Below are positions 1-11,027 of a stretch of DNA of 64,000 nucleotides, in pieces. Positions within the stretch are counted from its first letter, which is position 1. Every line of letters starts with the position of its first letter. The notes beneath the pieces were generated by a model that ran no database searches, had not been told where the DNA came from, and saw only the letters and a list, made by a program, of their open reading frames with translations. A program made the position numbers and the translations under genes. This stretch comes from Mayamaea pseudoterrestris (lineage: Eukaryota), in NCBI GenBank assembly GCA_027923505.1, contig BROI01000036.1, forward strand, positions 1 to 64,000, written 5' to 3'.

Positions 1-2156
1 CGACTCAGACCTTAAAGCCATCGCTTGATCGTAATATGCTACTCTTTGGATTTTTATTCGATTTCGCTCGTTCCGTTTTGATGCAGAAATCGAGTGAAGT
101 TGCTATTGTTTCATGCATTTAGACGATGCGGCGGTGACTGCTCGGTGGCGACTTGACGACACGCACGTCTCGCTTACACGGCAATTGGTTCCATTTCCTG
201 CGCGTGTCACGACGCGGACGTTACTTCGACGGAAGCCTTGGTTGCTACTGCTGCGCATAATGTGATTCTTTGCATTTACTGGTTACTGGTGCGGCAATAG
301 CGGCTTGTCGACACTGCGAGAGCCGCCGACCGACGAACGACATGCTTTGCGTTGACTCATGGCACGCTAACGCATGGCGGCAGTGCTGGCAGCGGTTTGC
401 AACGATGAGCAAAACGATATCGAGCAGCATTCACATTTGGAACGAAGTTTGCTCGGCAATCCTTTCGTTGGCGATGCAAAGGAGCTGCATCTTTGTTGCG
501 GCAAAAGTGATTGACGACCGAGGCATTTTGACGCTTGAAATCCATGTCGCAAAGCATTTTGTATTGCTTGTCGACGAGATATCTCAACTCATGCGAATAT
601 CAAAGAGGCTGCTGTATTGGAAGCGTTGCTGGATCTGAATGAGTTGACGACAATGTCGATAAACGACGGCGACTGTCGGGATCGACTTGGCAGTATTCAG
701 CAATCAACTTTAGCGCGGTGATGCATACAAGGTGGCGCTGCCTTTGGCCGAGTTTGGCGATGCTTTCGATGAGCAAGTGGACGAATTGGCGTAGGACTTG
801 TTGTGTTGTTGACACGACCGTCGACCGGTGCAGTTGACGTTTGCCTGGTGTCGTCATTTAACTCGCTGGTCGTGTTACGGCATTGTAAACAAAGAATCAG
901 TTGTGTCACATGCGGCTAGTGGTAATGGAGGCATCAGCAAGGTGATTGATTTCAGCGCCAGCATTAGCTTGCATGCTTGTGCGTTGCACCATGACTTGCT
1001 TTCTTGTCGTCATGAATGGAGTGCAAACATGATGCAGTGGTCTTTTGGTGAACCGTTGGGCAGCACCTGCTGAGATCAGTGGCGTCCGGCGCCACTATTG
1101 AGAACATGAGTATTGCTTCATCGATGCGTCGCTTGCCAACTGAATTGCTTGTCGAAAGCTGGAAGCGCACGGTCGACACTGGCTACAGATGGTTCACGAG
1201 TGCTAACTCCTTCGCCTGCATCGTGTGCATTATATGTGAAGTAGAGGCAGCTCCGTACGAGACGTGGAAGGAGTATTTGGCAATGCACGCACTAGAGGCT
1301 GTCTTGTGACGGAGTCAACCCAGGCACGTTACTCTCGGCTCGATTTTTTGGGTGCTCCAGCGAGAGCTATTCAATTTCTGTGGAGCGAAGCATACGATTC
1401 ATGCGGGCAAACCGTCCCGAGCAAGTTGTGGTGACGAGTCAAGTCATACTGCAATGGCGTTGTAGAATGCCAGCAGATTGTCGCATGCATGTGCATTAGC
1501 TTTAATGTCATTGCGAGGGAGCGAAGCGAATCATGCGGCAAGTATTTTCGCTCCGAATAGTCAGCCTTATCATTTCCTGGTTACGTGGCATGACATCACC
1601 CTTTGACGTTACGATCATCATGAGGAGCAAATTGCTTGGCACATGATGCTGCGTTGATGAAATTTCATGGAGTAATTATCGCATTAGAAATTGACCTGCG
1701 ACGGGTCTTGACGCTGTGCGAAGCACATGGCAACAACGCCTAACCAGTCATCATAAGCGCTCGATTGTTCGGCTGTACGAGATAATCGGGCCACTGATGC
1801 AAGTAATTGAAGCGTTGCGTCATTGAATTATGAGACGTTGGTGGTAAAGGCGGCCGGCATGTCATCCAATCAAATCATGCGCCGACTAGAAGAATGCACT
1901 TGCACGAACAAAGCTTTTTTCGACGAGCGGTTCTTGAACCGGAATCGTTTCGCATGGCGTTGCAATCGTCTAGCGTTTGGAAGGCAGTGCAACTGCTGTA
2001 CATGCATTTGCGTTTTGCGCTGGCGAGGCGATGACTAATCGGAGTTCAGTTAAAAATCAAGATTAAATTTTACTTTTACCCTCTGTTACGCAAACTATAG
2101 AAGCAAATGGCACAAAACTGTTTCACAAATCTCAAAATCACCGTTCCATGTCGTCG

Positions 2157-3351
2157 CTAGCATGAGTGTTCATGCTCCATTTTTTGCTCGGGCGAGTGGA
2201 TGTTTCGCCAGCGTGATTCCTTCGACAACATTGCCAGCCGCCAGCGCCTAGCAAGCACTCATGGTGACGCAAAACGGCAGCTTCAAGCATTGCACGCTTC
2301 CAAACAAACACTGCATGCCGGCATATGTTGCGGTGCTAACAAAGGCGCCCGTGGCGAAGAGTGCTAGCGTCGCTGGTGAATGCGCGCACATCACGCCGAC
2401 TTCCAGACTTGTCAGCGCCGCGTTGTAGCTCCACAGCCCCGCGGCAACGTCTGCCAGCGACGCTTCGTACAAGAAGCCTCCAGTCAACGGTGGATCCCAG
2501 CAATGCATGTTCCGCCAGCATGGGTGAGTACAGTGCCACGGCGGATGCAACGCCAATGCCAGTCAAACTTGAATCGACGATGTAAATTTGCGACAAGCCC
2601 TTGAGCGGCGTCAATAGCACTTGCGTGGCAGTCGTGCTGGTTGCTGCAGCTGTTACTTCCGGAGATATCAAACTGTTGTCGCCTGTTGCAGCAGCAGCAG
2701 CTGCCATCAAGTCGGTAGCTGTTGGATTTGCAGCTACTTTACTGGCAGCAAGTGCAAGCGTTGTTGGCGCTGCAACAGACATTATCGACTGCTTTGCCAG
2801 TAGCATGGTCAGCGCCACCAGATTGAACGCCAACGTCCACTGCGGCATGCTCGCATTTCGGAGACGGAGCGTCGTCACGGTGGCTGCCGGCGCTCCGACC
2901 GTCGTCAAACAAAGTGCCGTCAAACTACTGCTGACAGTATGCAACGCATTGTAGGGCAGCAGCCGTGGCGCAAAGCATCCATTGTACGCCAAGAGACCAT
3001 TGGAAATGTCTTGAATGCTGTCGTGATTTTGCTTGTTTTCGTTGCTAACAGCTGCTGCTTTTGCCGTAGCCACCCACGGATCGCCCAGCGCCAAACTTGC
3101 CAGCAAAATGCCGCCGCATGTTGGTGAATGCAGAAGCAAGACTTGGGCCACGCCGGTGCATGCATACTGCGAATGTGTTGAAAGGTGCTGAATTTGCTGC
3201 TGGTTGCTACAACGTTTGTCGGCGGATTGTTTCGTTCATCTTCGTCTTGCTGATGGCTCGCAAAGCATCGAAACAGCTCGTCGTGTGAGGGGCGAACGCA
3301 GAAATTACCGGCGTGACGGCCTGCCGCCGCTCGCCAGAGTCGAACGGCCAT
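2157..3351 (-). pseudogene. Urea transporter (UT/SLC14 family) pseudogene
   Basis: UT motifs are spread over different frames: TGVAQVLLLHSPTCGGILLASLALGDPWVA, NGLLAYNGC, KGLSQIYIVDSSLTG, AGLWSYNAAL, CLKLPFC and a C-terminal HSPE. Frameshifts near 3160, 2487 and 2198; in-frame TAG at 2248-2250. Confidence 0.75.
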
Positions 3352-3879
3352 GGTGACACGAGTGCTGGTGGATGTGGAGGCGATTCGTTCTGTACTCTTT
3401 GGCGGTCGTGGTTTGCGCAATTGACGATTCAAAACTTACAGAAACGAACGCTTAAAAGTACATTCCTGTCGCACCATTACTCAGTCTGCGCTCGCCAATT
3501 CGCGTAATTTTGCAGTTCTTCTTGCGATCTCGTTTTAGCAATTTGTACACTACGACGTAGGTAGTCGCAGACGGCCCAGTCTATCGATTATTCTATGTAA
3601 AAGCAAGGGCAGCGGTTACCAGTATGATGAAGCGATCGATTGGTCAATAGAAATGCGATATCCAAATGGACAAGCTCTCCGTCGCGCTTTGAATCCCAAT
3701 TGTTCATCGCAATATCTTACAGTAATCGAGTTTATGGCAACTCATTGAGTTTATGGTAACTAGCAGCTAACAACTGGTCCATCCAGGTCCAAGACTTCTC
3801 TCGTGGTGGATACAGAATCGCATCAACGTCCGAAATCGCACCAAAAGTTTATCGCCCACGGCACTCACCACTGTACCCT

Positions 3880-5780
3880 TCAAGCATGCTCCGGCAACGT
3901 ACTCTTTAGTCGATTCCATTCCGTGGGTGTCCAATGGCGTCCCAACTTGCCATAAAACTTGGAAAGCGCGTTTTCGCTTGCAATTTCCCACCCACGTGTC
4001 AATGCAGTTTCACTTCCAGTGTCCGCTTGAATGATAAAGTTGTCGAATACGACGCGAGACATTGGACGAGGCAATGCTTCGCTTGATCCATCGTTCAACA
4101 AGAAACCGAGCGAATGAACAACCTTCTCCTTGTTGTAAAAGAGAACCAAAACGTCGTACGTTCCAAGCAATCGACCATTCGCAGCATACAAAATGACAAT
4201 GGTAGGACCATTTCCAACGCAAATACCACTCGTCAGCTCGCGCCAACTCTTGCAGTCGCTCACCGATACAATCCTTCGTCTTTTGAACAGACTCTTGACT
4301 AGCGTGCCGTCAAAGGAGTTCACTTGTACTTGAGGCATCGACACATAATACCACCAATGCTTAGGCAAAAAGTAATCGTCGGGACGATTGGCGGCGCATC
4401 GCAGCACCAGCATAAAGACAAACCCTGCAGCCCAGCTGTCCGATTCATTCGCGTGTGGAGAAAAGAACCTCTCAAGCAAAACTACCAGTTCGTCTGCCAC
4501 TGCTCGCTGCCAGCAATCGTCGGGAAGTTTGACATTGGCCAAAACATACTCCATATGGAGCGGAATCCAATGCAATTCAAAATCCGACCATTTGTGTCGA
4601 TTGTAAGGTTCCAACAAGCAGTGCAGTGATTTAAGTGCGAATCTTTCTTCGCCAGTAATGAATGATTCGAGTAGGTTGCTGAACGCCGCCGTCGGGTTGG
4701 CCGACGACTGAGCATTGTAAGCATTCATAAGAACCTCCCTCCATTCTGCCTGCTCCATTGCACCGCCTCGGCGTTGTTCATACATGAGGGCAGGTATAAA
4801 ACCGCAACGTGCCGCTTCCCAGACAGTGTTGAGTGACGGATTTACCCGTTGCGCCAACGAAAGGTTGTACACATGGGGCATTTCTTGTAAAATCACCTCA
4901 TAATTTAAAGTGGTTATCACTTCCGAAGTAAACACTAGGCTTCGATTCCTTTGCGAGACAAAATTGTATCGGAGAAACCATCCAAAAGGTGTCGACGAAG
5001 AGATCGTTTCATATTCTTTCAAGGCAAGGCATTGATCCAATCCATCGAGAAGCAAAATGGCAGGGTGACTTCCTAGCCAAGCTTGAACCTGTGCCGGGTT
5101 AAAAGTATATTGTTCTTGTAAAAACGATTCAAATGTCTCGGCTTTGCGTTCACTCTTGGCTGGATCGATGGTGGCTTCAAATATAATTCGCAAACAAAGT
5201 GCTTGTAGCGGATCCGCTTGCTCCTCAAGTCGGAGCATCGAGTAGCTACTGAAAGAGATGTATAGGACAGCCACTTCTTGGCCCAAAAATCGACGAAGTG
5301 TATGCGCAAGTTCGACCAAACAGCGCGTCTTACCGCGACGACTACATCCGACCAACGCCACTGGAGCCACCCGACGCTCGCCGTCGTCGTACAGGTGAAA
5401 CTGCTTGGCAATCGTTTGGGTAGCTTGTTCAATCCATCCAGCTTCGCAGATAAACTCTGGGCTGCGGTGCATCGATGGAAGAGGAACATCATGTGGTTGC
5501 GGCAGGGTTGAAATTTCAAATTGCTTGTTTGCCAAAGTTGCAGCCTCCCATGCGATGTCCTCTGATTCGCACAACTCCGTCGTTGCCTTTTTGATAATCA
5601 TGTACGTCGCGTCAGTCCGCAAATTTTCAAAGTCATAAACCTCTCGACCAGCTTCATCCTTCACGCAAATGGCCTTATTGCGATTCAAAAAGAGATTGTA
5701 GCCCTCATTGCCGTGCAAGCGAGTGCGACAGAGGTCTTCGTCTGCTTCGCGTCGATATTTTATAGTCTTGGGTTGTGGTT

Positions 5781-5814
<34 letters not shown>

Positions 5815-5838
5815 AGCAAGAGTGTCGTCCATCTCCAT
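3880..5838 (-). CDS. Crinkler-like P-loop NTPase with degenerate C-terminal restriction-endonuclease-like domain
   Basis: 652-aa intronless ORF. Walker A GCSRRGKT, Walker B-like ILLLDGLD, short N-terminal header (VKDEAGREVYDFENL..Y), C-terminal YDVLV...GFLLNDG. Confidence 0.65.
5784..5813. repeat. (CTG/CAG)n microsatellite encoding polyQ
   Basis: Run of tgc triplets encoding Q10 in the minus-strand ORF. Similar tracts near 6920, 50690 and 56080. Confidence 0.9.
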
Positions 5839-6604
5839 CTTTTGCTTTCAGTTCGCCGAGGCGGCGGTCTGTGAAACCCAAATTTTCGGTCAACGACTCT
5901 CGCCAGATACTCTGAACGAAAAATCACTCGCACTATCAATTGAGAGGAGTCAAATAAGTTGGCTGACAGAGCCCGCCAATACAGAGTCGCTTTCGAATAG
6001 TTCAGTCAGCGAGCCACTGCTGGTTCTCGGCTGCTTGTTTGTGTCGCCACGATGCCAACCACGGAAGGAAAAAGACAGCCGTAGTGCGCTTTGTGTCTCG
6101 TCTGCAGCAAACGCAACCGTCGCCCAGCAAAAACCAACTTGGGACGAGGCTCACTCGTCGTTTTTGCATCATGGTGGTCGCGTCTTTCAAGTTTTGTTGC
6201 AGCGCATCCTGCTCTCGGTCACCGTGCGACATTTATCTTGCGGGCAAAGCGTAAACGCAAGGATAGTTTATTGTTTTGGAATTTATATGCATAACATGTT
6301 GTACCTTGTATATAGTGAGTCGACCTGCATTTTTATTAGCTGCGTCGGTTATTAGTCGAGGCCAAGGCGCACTTTAACGTAAAGTTCTTCGCAGCCGAGA
6401 AAAACAACGAGCGACAAATGCACAAAAGCCAATGTCCTTCCTTCCTTGCTAATTTGGCTGCTCCAGCGAGAAAGCTGTTGCTGGTGCTGATTGCTTTAGT
6501 TGATTGTCAAGTCGGTTCCGAAACCCTACATTATCAGGACCCTTCACTCCATCCAGCACGCTCAGGCCTCACGCAAACGCTGCCTGCCCATGCAAACATC
6601 ATCA

Positions 6605-7750
6605 TCATCCGCAGTTATCATCCGTAACGTGCGGTCGCTTCTTGACGCGCAATACTTCACGCACGTTGCCCAAACCCGTGTTGACGACATGCACCGTTTC
6701 CACCTGCAAACCATACTTGGAAGCGCACTCGCCAAAAACGTCCGTACCGCCTCCGACACCAAAGTAGTAGCGCTTGGTGCTCACGTAGGCGGTTCCATCT
6801 GCGGACAAGTGTTGATCGAGTAGATAGGCTGTTTCACGCGCCGCCTGTGGCGTGTAGAGTGTTTCGGCGGCCAATATCATGTCGAACTGACCGTCGACTG
6901 GTAGTTTGCTGTTGTTGCTGCAGCAGCTGCTGCTGCTGCTGCTGCTGTTACCATTTGACGCTTCCTCTTCATTGTCAATTGTAGCTAACTGTTTTTCGTG
7001 CAGTTGCAGCAGCTGCTCACTCATTTGCATCCAGTCGCCAGCGCCCAAAACAACGTTATCCAAGACGGATTCCGAGTCGAAACCGCAAAAATTGACCACC
7101 AAGTTACTAATGGTGACATCCTTGAGCACGTCTTCGTTATAATCGACCAGCAAGACGACTTGCGGCTGGCATAACTGCATGACGTACACACTGGGCAAGG
7201 CGTGGCCGCAGCCAAGCTCCAAGACGCTGCGCACCCCCGCAATCATTTCCATGTTTTGTTGCAAGTACTCGATCAAATCGTAGCTGCCCTCCCAGACGGT
7301 GGCGCCGCCCTCGTAGACGCCCGGAAGCAAGTCGCTCGGATGGTGAGTGCGGAGTTTGAGTGTACGTGATGATGATGTAGTCGTCGAAGTCAGTGACTCG
7401 CCAACATGATCACGTTCATCATTATTGTTATCGACGTAGGAGGTTTGGTCCACGTCGACGCGACGAACCACTGTTTCGCCGTAGACGAGTTCCTCGTGAA
7501 CAATTTCCTCCCTGGCGCGCTCCGTCAGCAAGCGTTGCAGCAAGGTCGTTTCAAAAAAATAAAAGGGTTTGCGAGTGTCAGAGGAGTCGGCATTAGTGTT
7601 GCTGCTTCTGCTGCTACATGCTGGTAGTATCGTCGTTTGATCACTAGCTGCAGCATTAGCAATAATATCAGACTCTAGTTCCTCATCGAATGGCGCCTTG
7701 GAGGTTTCCTCGTCCTCCAAGACAAAGCCAAAGGTAAAGGCTGCCGCCAT
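6605..7750 (-). CDS. METTL18: Histidine protein methyltransferase 1 homolog (METTL18/HPM1)
   Basis: SDLLPGVYEGGATVWEGS, VLELGCGHALP, DYN, ILAAETLY, KRYYFGVGGG. Likely start MAAAFTFGF at 7750. Confidence 0.85.
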   Translation of the reverse strand: MAAAFTFGFVLEDEETSKAPFDEELESDIIANAAASDQTTILPACSSRSSNTNADSSDTRKPFYFFETTLLQRLLTERAREEIVHEELVYGETVVRRVDVDQTSYVDNNNDERDHVGESLTSTTTSSSRTLKLRTHHPSDLLPGVYEGGATVWEGSYDLIEYLQQNMEMIAGVRSVLELGCGHALPSVYVMQLCQPQVVLLVDYNEDVLKDVTISNLVVNFCGFDSESVLDNVVLGAGDWMQMSEQLLQLHEKQLATIDNEEEASNGNSSSSSSSCCSNNSKLPVDGQFDMILAAETLYTPQAARETAYLLDQHLSADGTAYVSTKRYYFGVGGGTDVFGECASKYGLQVETVHVVNTGLGNVREVLRVKKRPHVTDDNCG

Positions 7751-8153
7751 GGTGCGAGATGAAAAACAATGGAACGAGTGGTGGTTTGAACATGAGGGCA
7801 TATGTAATTATGACGCCATATTGACGTCAACTATAAACTAAAGTGTAGAGAACGCTAAATTCAAACAAAAATCGCAGCGGTTTTGACTTTTTCGTTCGAA
7901 AGCCCTCCAAGCCATCGGCCATGACAAGCTGCCAATGAACCGACATTATTTCACTCGCCTGAGCTTTTAATTCATTGAAAAGCTTGTTTATAGAGGAGGA
8001 ATAAAAGCTTGAATTGATTTTACTTCAGTTTAACTTTTCATTCGCAAAATACGCGCCGCAGAGCAATTCTAAGTCGTTCCGTTACGCGCTGCAATCCATC
8101 ATCAAATACATATAAAACAACTAATCTACTTTACTCACACAAACAATACAACA

Positions 8154-9020
8154 ATGATCATACTAAATGCCGCCGCCATTCAGCACTTTGTCTTTGGCTA
8201 CGGCTCGCTGCTGTGCCAGCAGTCGCGGGCCGTCACGGCTTCTTCCCTGTCGGAAACGCCCGTGCTTCCAGTGGTGTGCCAAGGATTGCAGCGCGTCTGG
8301 GCCAAGCGATCCAAACGCGGCATGACGTCGCTCGGAGTGCGAGTGGTAGAAGATGATAATATGTCAAAATTACCATCTTGCGTGGGAGCCGTCGTTCCAG
8401 TCTGGGGCAGCGACGCCTTGAACAAGCTCGACGAGCGCGAGAAAGGTTACGAGCGAGTGCCACTCACGCTCGCGCAGATATGCATGGTTCCCTATCTTGA
8501 TAAAGCGCAATACTATACGTTCAATGACGAAAATAGCCAGTCGGCAAGTAACAGGATGAAGAAGAATGTAAACGACGAAAGCAGCATCGCTAGCGAAGAT
8601 TGGTTGGAGCAGTGGCTCGCGCAAACGACTCGCTCTAAGCAAACCTCCAAGTACGAAGCCACGCTCAAGCCGCGCGTGTGGACCTATCGTCCTTTGCAAG
8701 AAGAATGGCCCGATGATGAGTTTCCCATTGCGCAAACGTACGTGGATACGATACTGCGTGGATGCTTAGACTACGCGCCGGAAATGGCGCACGATTTCAT
8801 CACGTCGACCGTGGGATGGGATGGTAGCAATAGTAGTGAAGGTGAGATTGCCACAGCTACTACAGCTGCTGCTGCACACTGGTATAACGATCGCCACGAT
8901 CCCATTTACCCGCGGGGCGATCCAGAGTGGTCGCGCCAGCATGCCACGTCGTTGGATGACTTGCTCATGCAGCACTTGCCCGAGCAAATGGATCGGCGCG
9001 TCGTACGACCGAAACAATAG
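8154..9020 (+). CDS. Gamma-glutamylcyclotransferase-like protein
   Basis: VFGYGSL, LDEREKGY and PIAQTYVDTILRGC motifs; 288-aa ORF. Confidence 0.7.
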   Translation: MIILNAAAIQHFVFGYGSLLCQQSRAVTASSLSETPVLPVVCQGLQRVWAKRSKRGMTSLGVRVVEDDNMSKLPSCVGAVVPVWGSDALNKLDEREKGYERVPLTLAQICMVPYLDKAQYYTFNDENSQSASNRMKKNVNDESSIASEDWLEQWLAQTTRSKQTSKYEATLKPRVWTYRPLQEEWPDDEFPIAQTYVDTILRGCLDYAPEMAHDFITSTVGWDGSNSSEGEIATATTAAAAHWYNDRHDPIYPRGDPEWSRQHATSLDDLLMQHLPEQMDRRVVRPKQ

Positions 9021-9324
9021 AAATGACAAATAATCGGAACAATCTACGTAGTGGGGCTAGATCTGTTTGGTGGTGCGGTTGATGGGAGATGGCGACTGAT
9101 AACTTTGAAGCAAGTTGTTTCACTCGGTTCGATAGTAGTAAGCACTCCACAATTAACAATTATAGATGAATGCGCGGTTAGCTACAAACGCAATTTTTGT
9201 GCGTCGATTTCCTTCCTTCATTCGAGCCATGTGAGAGTCATGGCACGAATCAGGCGTTGCGCACCACTTAGCGCAAACAAAATAACGGCAAGCGTACCTT
9301 TATCTCATTACATGCAGAACCGTC

Positions 9325-10644
9325 ATGGCGGCAATTCATGCGCGTGGAGGAGATTCATTCTCGAGATTTCAGTGGTTAAAGATGGCATGGATTGCATCGA
9401 CAACAACGTGCTTGTCGCCTCCCATTCCGTCTCCATTCAGTCGAACATGCTTGAGGACGCAACTCATATTTGTTATCGTAACAGTCGCCATCGTACTGTT
9501 CAACTATGACTTTTTTAAAAGCCAGCTGCCGTTTGCAACCAAAAGAGAATCTCCTTTGAGCAAGCAACATTCTACCGGCGCGTGTTTCACGGCTCGATTT
9601 TCAGTGGAAAGCATCTCACAAACTCGCGACTTGCCGTACAAGTGGGCGAAGGACTCGAATGGAACCATGCGATACGTTGGCGATGCGCAAATGTTTGATC
9701 GAGGCGCTGATTCGTTTGAAAAGCGCTATCGAACCTACACTGGTTATCAGCAATGTCTGGGAAACAAGCATATTGTTCTCATTGGAGACTCACGCGTCCG
9801 ATATCAGTACATGGGTCTCGCGAATTATCTAACGACTGGTGAATGGCTTCAGTGCAGAGATTATGAAAATGGTACCAATACAACCAACGCGACAACATTA
9901 TTTAGCAGCAGTTCCAATTGCTTTCTTATTGACCACGAGTATGGCAACAGTACCGTGTCATGGAAGAAGTGGTATGCAAGGTCGTCCGAGTCGCTGCAGG
10001 ATCAATGTGACTGCAGTCGACCGACGCCGTTTCGGGTAAATACTACCTTTGAGAACCGATTCTTTGAAGTAGCCACGCAAAGCGGCCCGATTCGATTGAC
10101 TTACCTACAGACCTTTTTGGATTCTGTAAAGTTTCACCCCGATTTTCCGCCGCTGACGCCGTGGACGAGCGACATGGATGAAGGCATAACTGATACAAGG
10201 GCATTTTCCTCTCGCTGTCAACCTGGATTGTGTTCGGACGCTCCTGTATTAACGCTGAGTACGAGAGAAGCTTTGCTTGAAATGATCCCAAAGCTACACC
10301 CAACCCACGTCTTTGCCAACACGGGGTGGAAGCACAACGAAGGCGAGACACCGCAACAGCTTGGCTGCGCACTGCAAAGATTTAGCATTGAGAATCCTTC
10401 CGTTCAAGCGTATGTCATTTCTCACACGTGGGTGCAAGGATCGATGGACATTGCTGTGCCTACGCATGGCTGCAACGCAAAAGTGTTTGATCGCTTGACG
10501 CCAACCATTGGCGTGCCACAATCTTGGTATTGGGACAATCTGCACTCCTTATTGATTGTAAACCAGGAACTGAACCATTTGCTGCTGGACATGGTGTGTG
10601 GACCAATGTCTGCAGATAATGCTAGTGCATGCGGCGATGATTAG
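9325..10644 (+). CDS. SGNH/PC-esterase-like membrane-anchored protein
   Basis: Hydrophobic anchor LIFVIVTVAIVLF, IGDSRVRY (GDS block), FANTG and WDNLH (DxxH). Start codon uncertain. Confidence 0.55.
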   Translation: MAAIHARGGDSFSRFQWLKMAWIASTTTCLSPPIPSPFSRTCLRTQLIFVIVTVAIVLFNYDFFKSQLPFATKRESPLSKQHSTGACFTARFSVESISQTRDLPYKWAKDSNGTMRYVGDAQMFDRGADSFEKRYRTYTGYQQCLGNKHIVLIGDSRVRYQYMGLANYLTTGEWLQCRDYENGTNTTNATTLFSSSSNCFLIDHEYGNSTVSWKKWYARSSESLQDQCDCSRPTPFRVNTTFENRFFEVATQSGPIRLTYLQTFLDSVKFHPDFPPLTPWTSDMDEGITDTRAFSSRCQPGLCSDAPVLTLSTREALLEMIPKLHPTHVFANTGWKHNEGETPQQLGCALQRFSIENPSVQAYVISHTWVQGSMDIAVPTHGCNAKVFDRLTPTIGVPQSWYWDNLHSLLIVNQELNHLLLDMVCGPMSADNASACGDD

Positions 10645-11027
10645 TTGCTACATTTCTCGGTAGAGACCAGATCGTGGTGACAGTGCATAGAGAGACATCT
10701 ATCATTACAAGACGTAATCTTAATTGCTACAGTTGTAACAATGAAAGGGTTCACAAGACCTTATGCAGTGAATATAGCTAAAATCCATGGAACTCGCCCT
10801 TAATGACTATAGCATATCTTTTACAAGCTTTTAACATCTTAAAACTTTTCTATTTTACTGTTTAGTGGAGGTTGACCTGTGATTTGATCTACAAGATACC
10901 GTTGACCATGGCTATGGCGGAGCATAATGCGAACCTGTCGAATCCGAACCGATCCTTCGTCGCAACGAGAACCTGCCGAAACAGTGACGGCGTTCACACA
11001 TTCCATCCAAGACCATCCTCAATCACC

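Noticed and set aside
2248..2250. Programmed stop readthrough in the urea transporter
   Set aside because: The TAG is accompanied by several frameshifts and deletions, so decay or assembly error is the simpler explanation.
3728..3761. GAGTTTATGG(C/T)AACT repeated twice, considered as a CRISPR-like or terminal repeat
   Set aside because: Only two 15-bp copies 4 bp apart with no spacers; a simple local duplication in a eukaryotic 3' region.
5822..6355. 177-aa plus-strand ORF and other short overlapping ORFs in the track
   Set aside because: No motifs, often non-ATG starts, and most are antisense or alternative-frame shadows of real genes.
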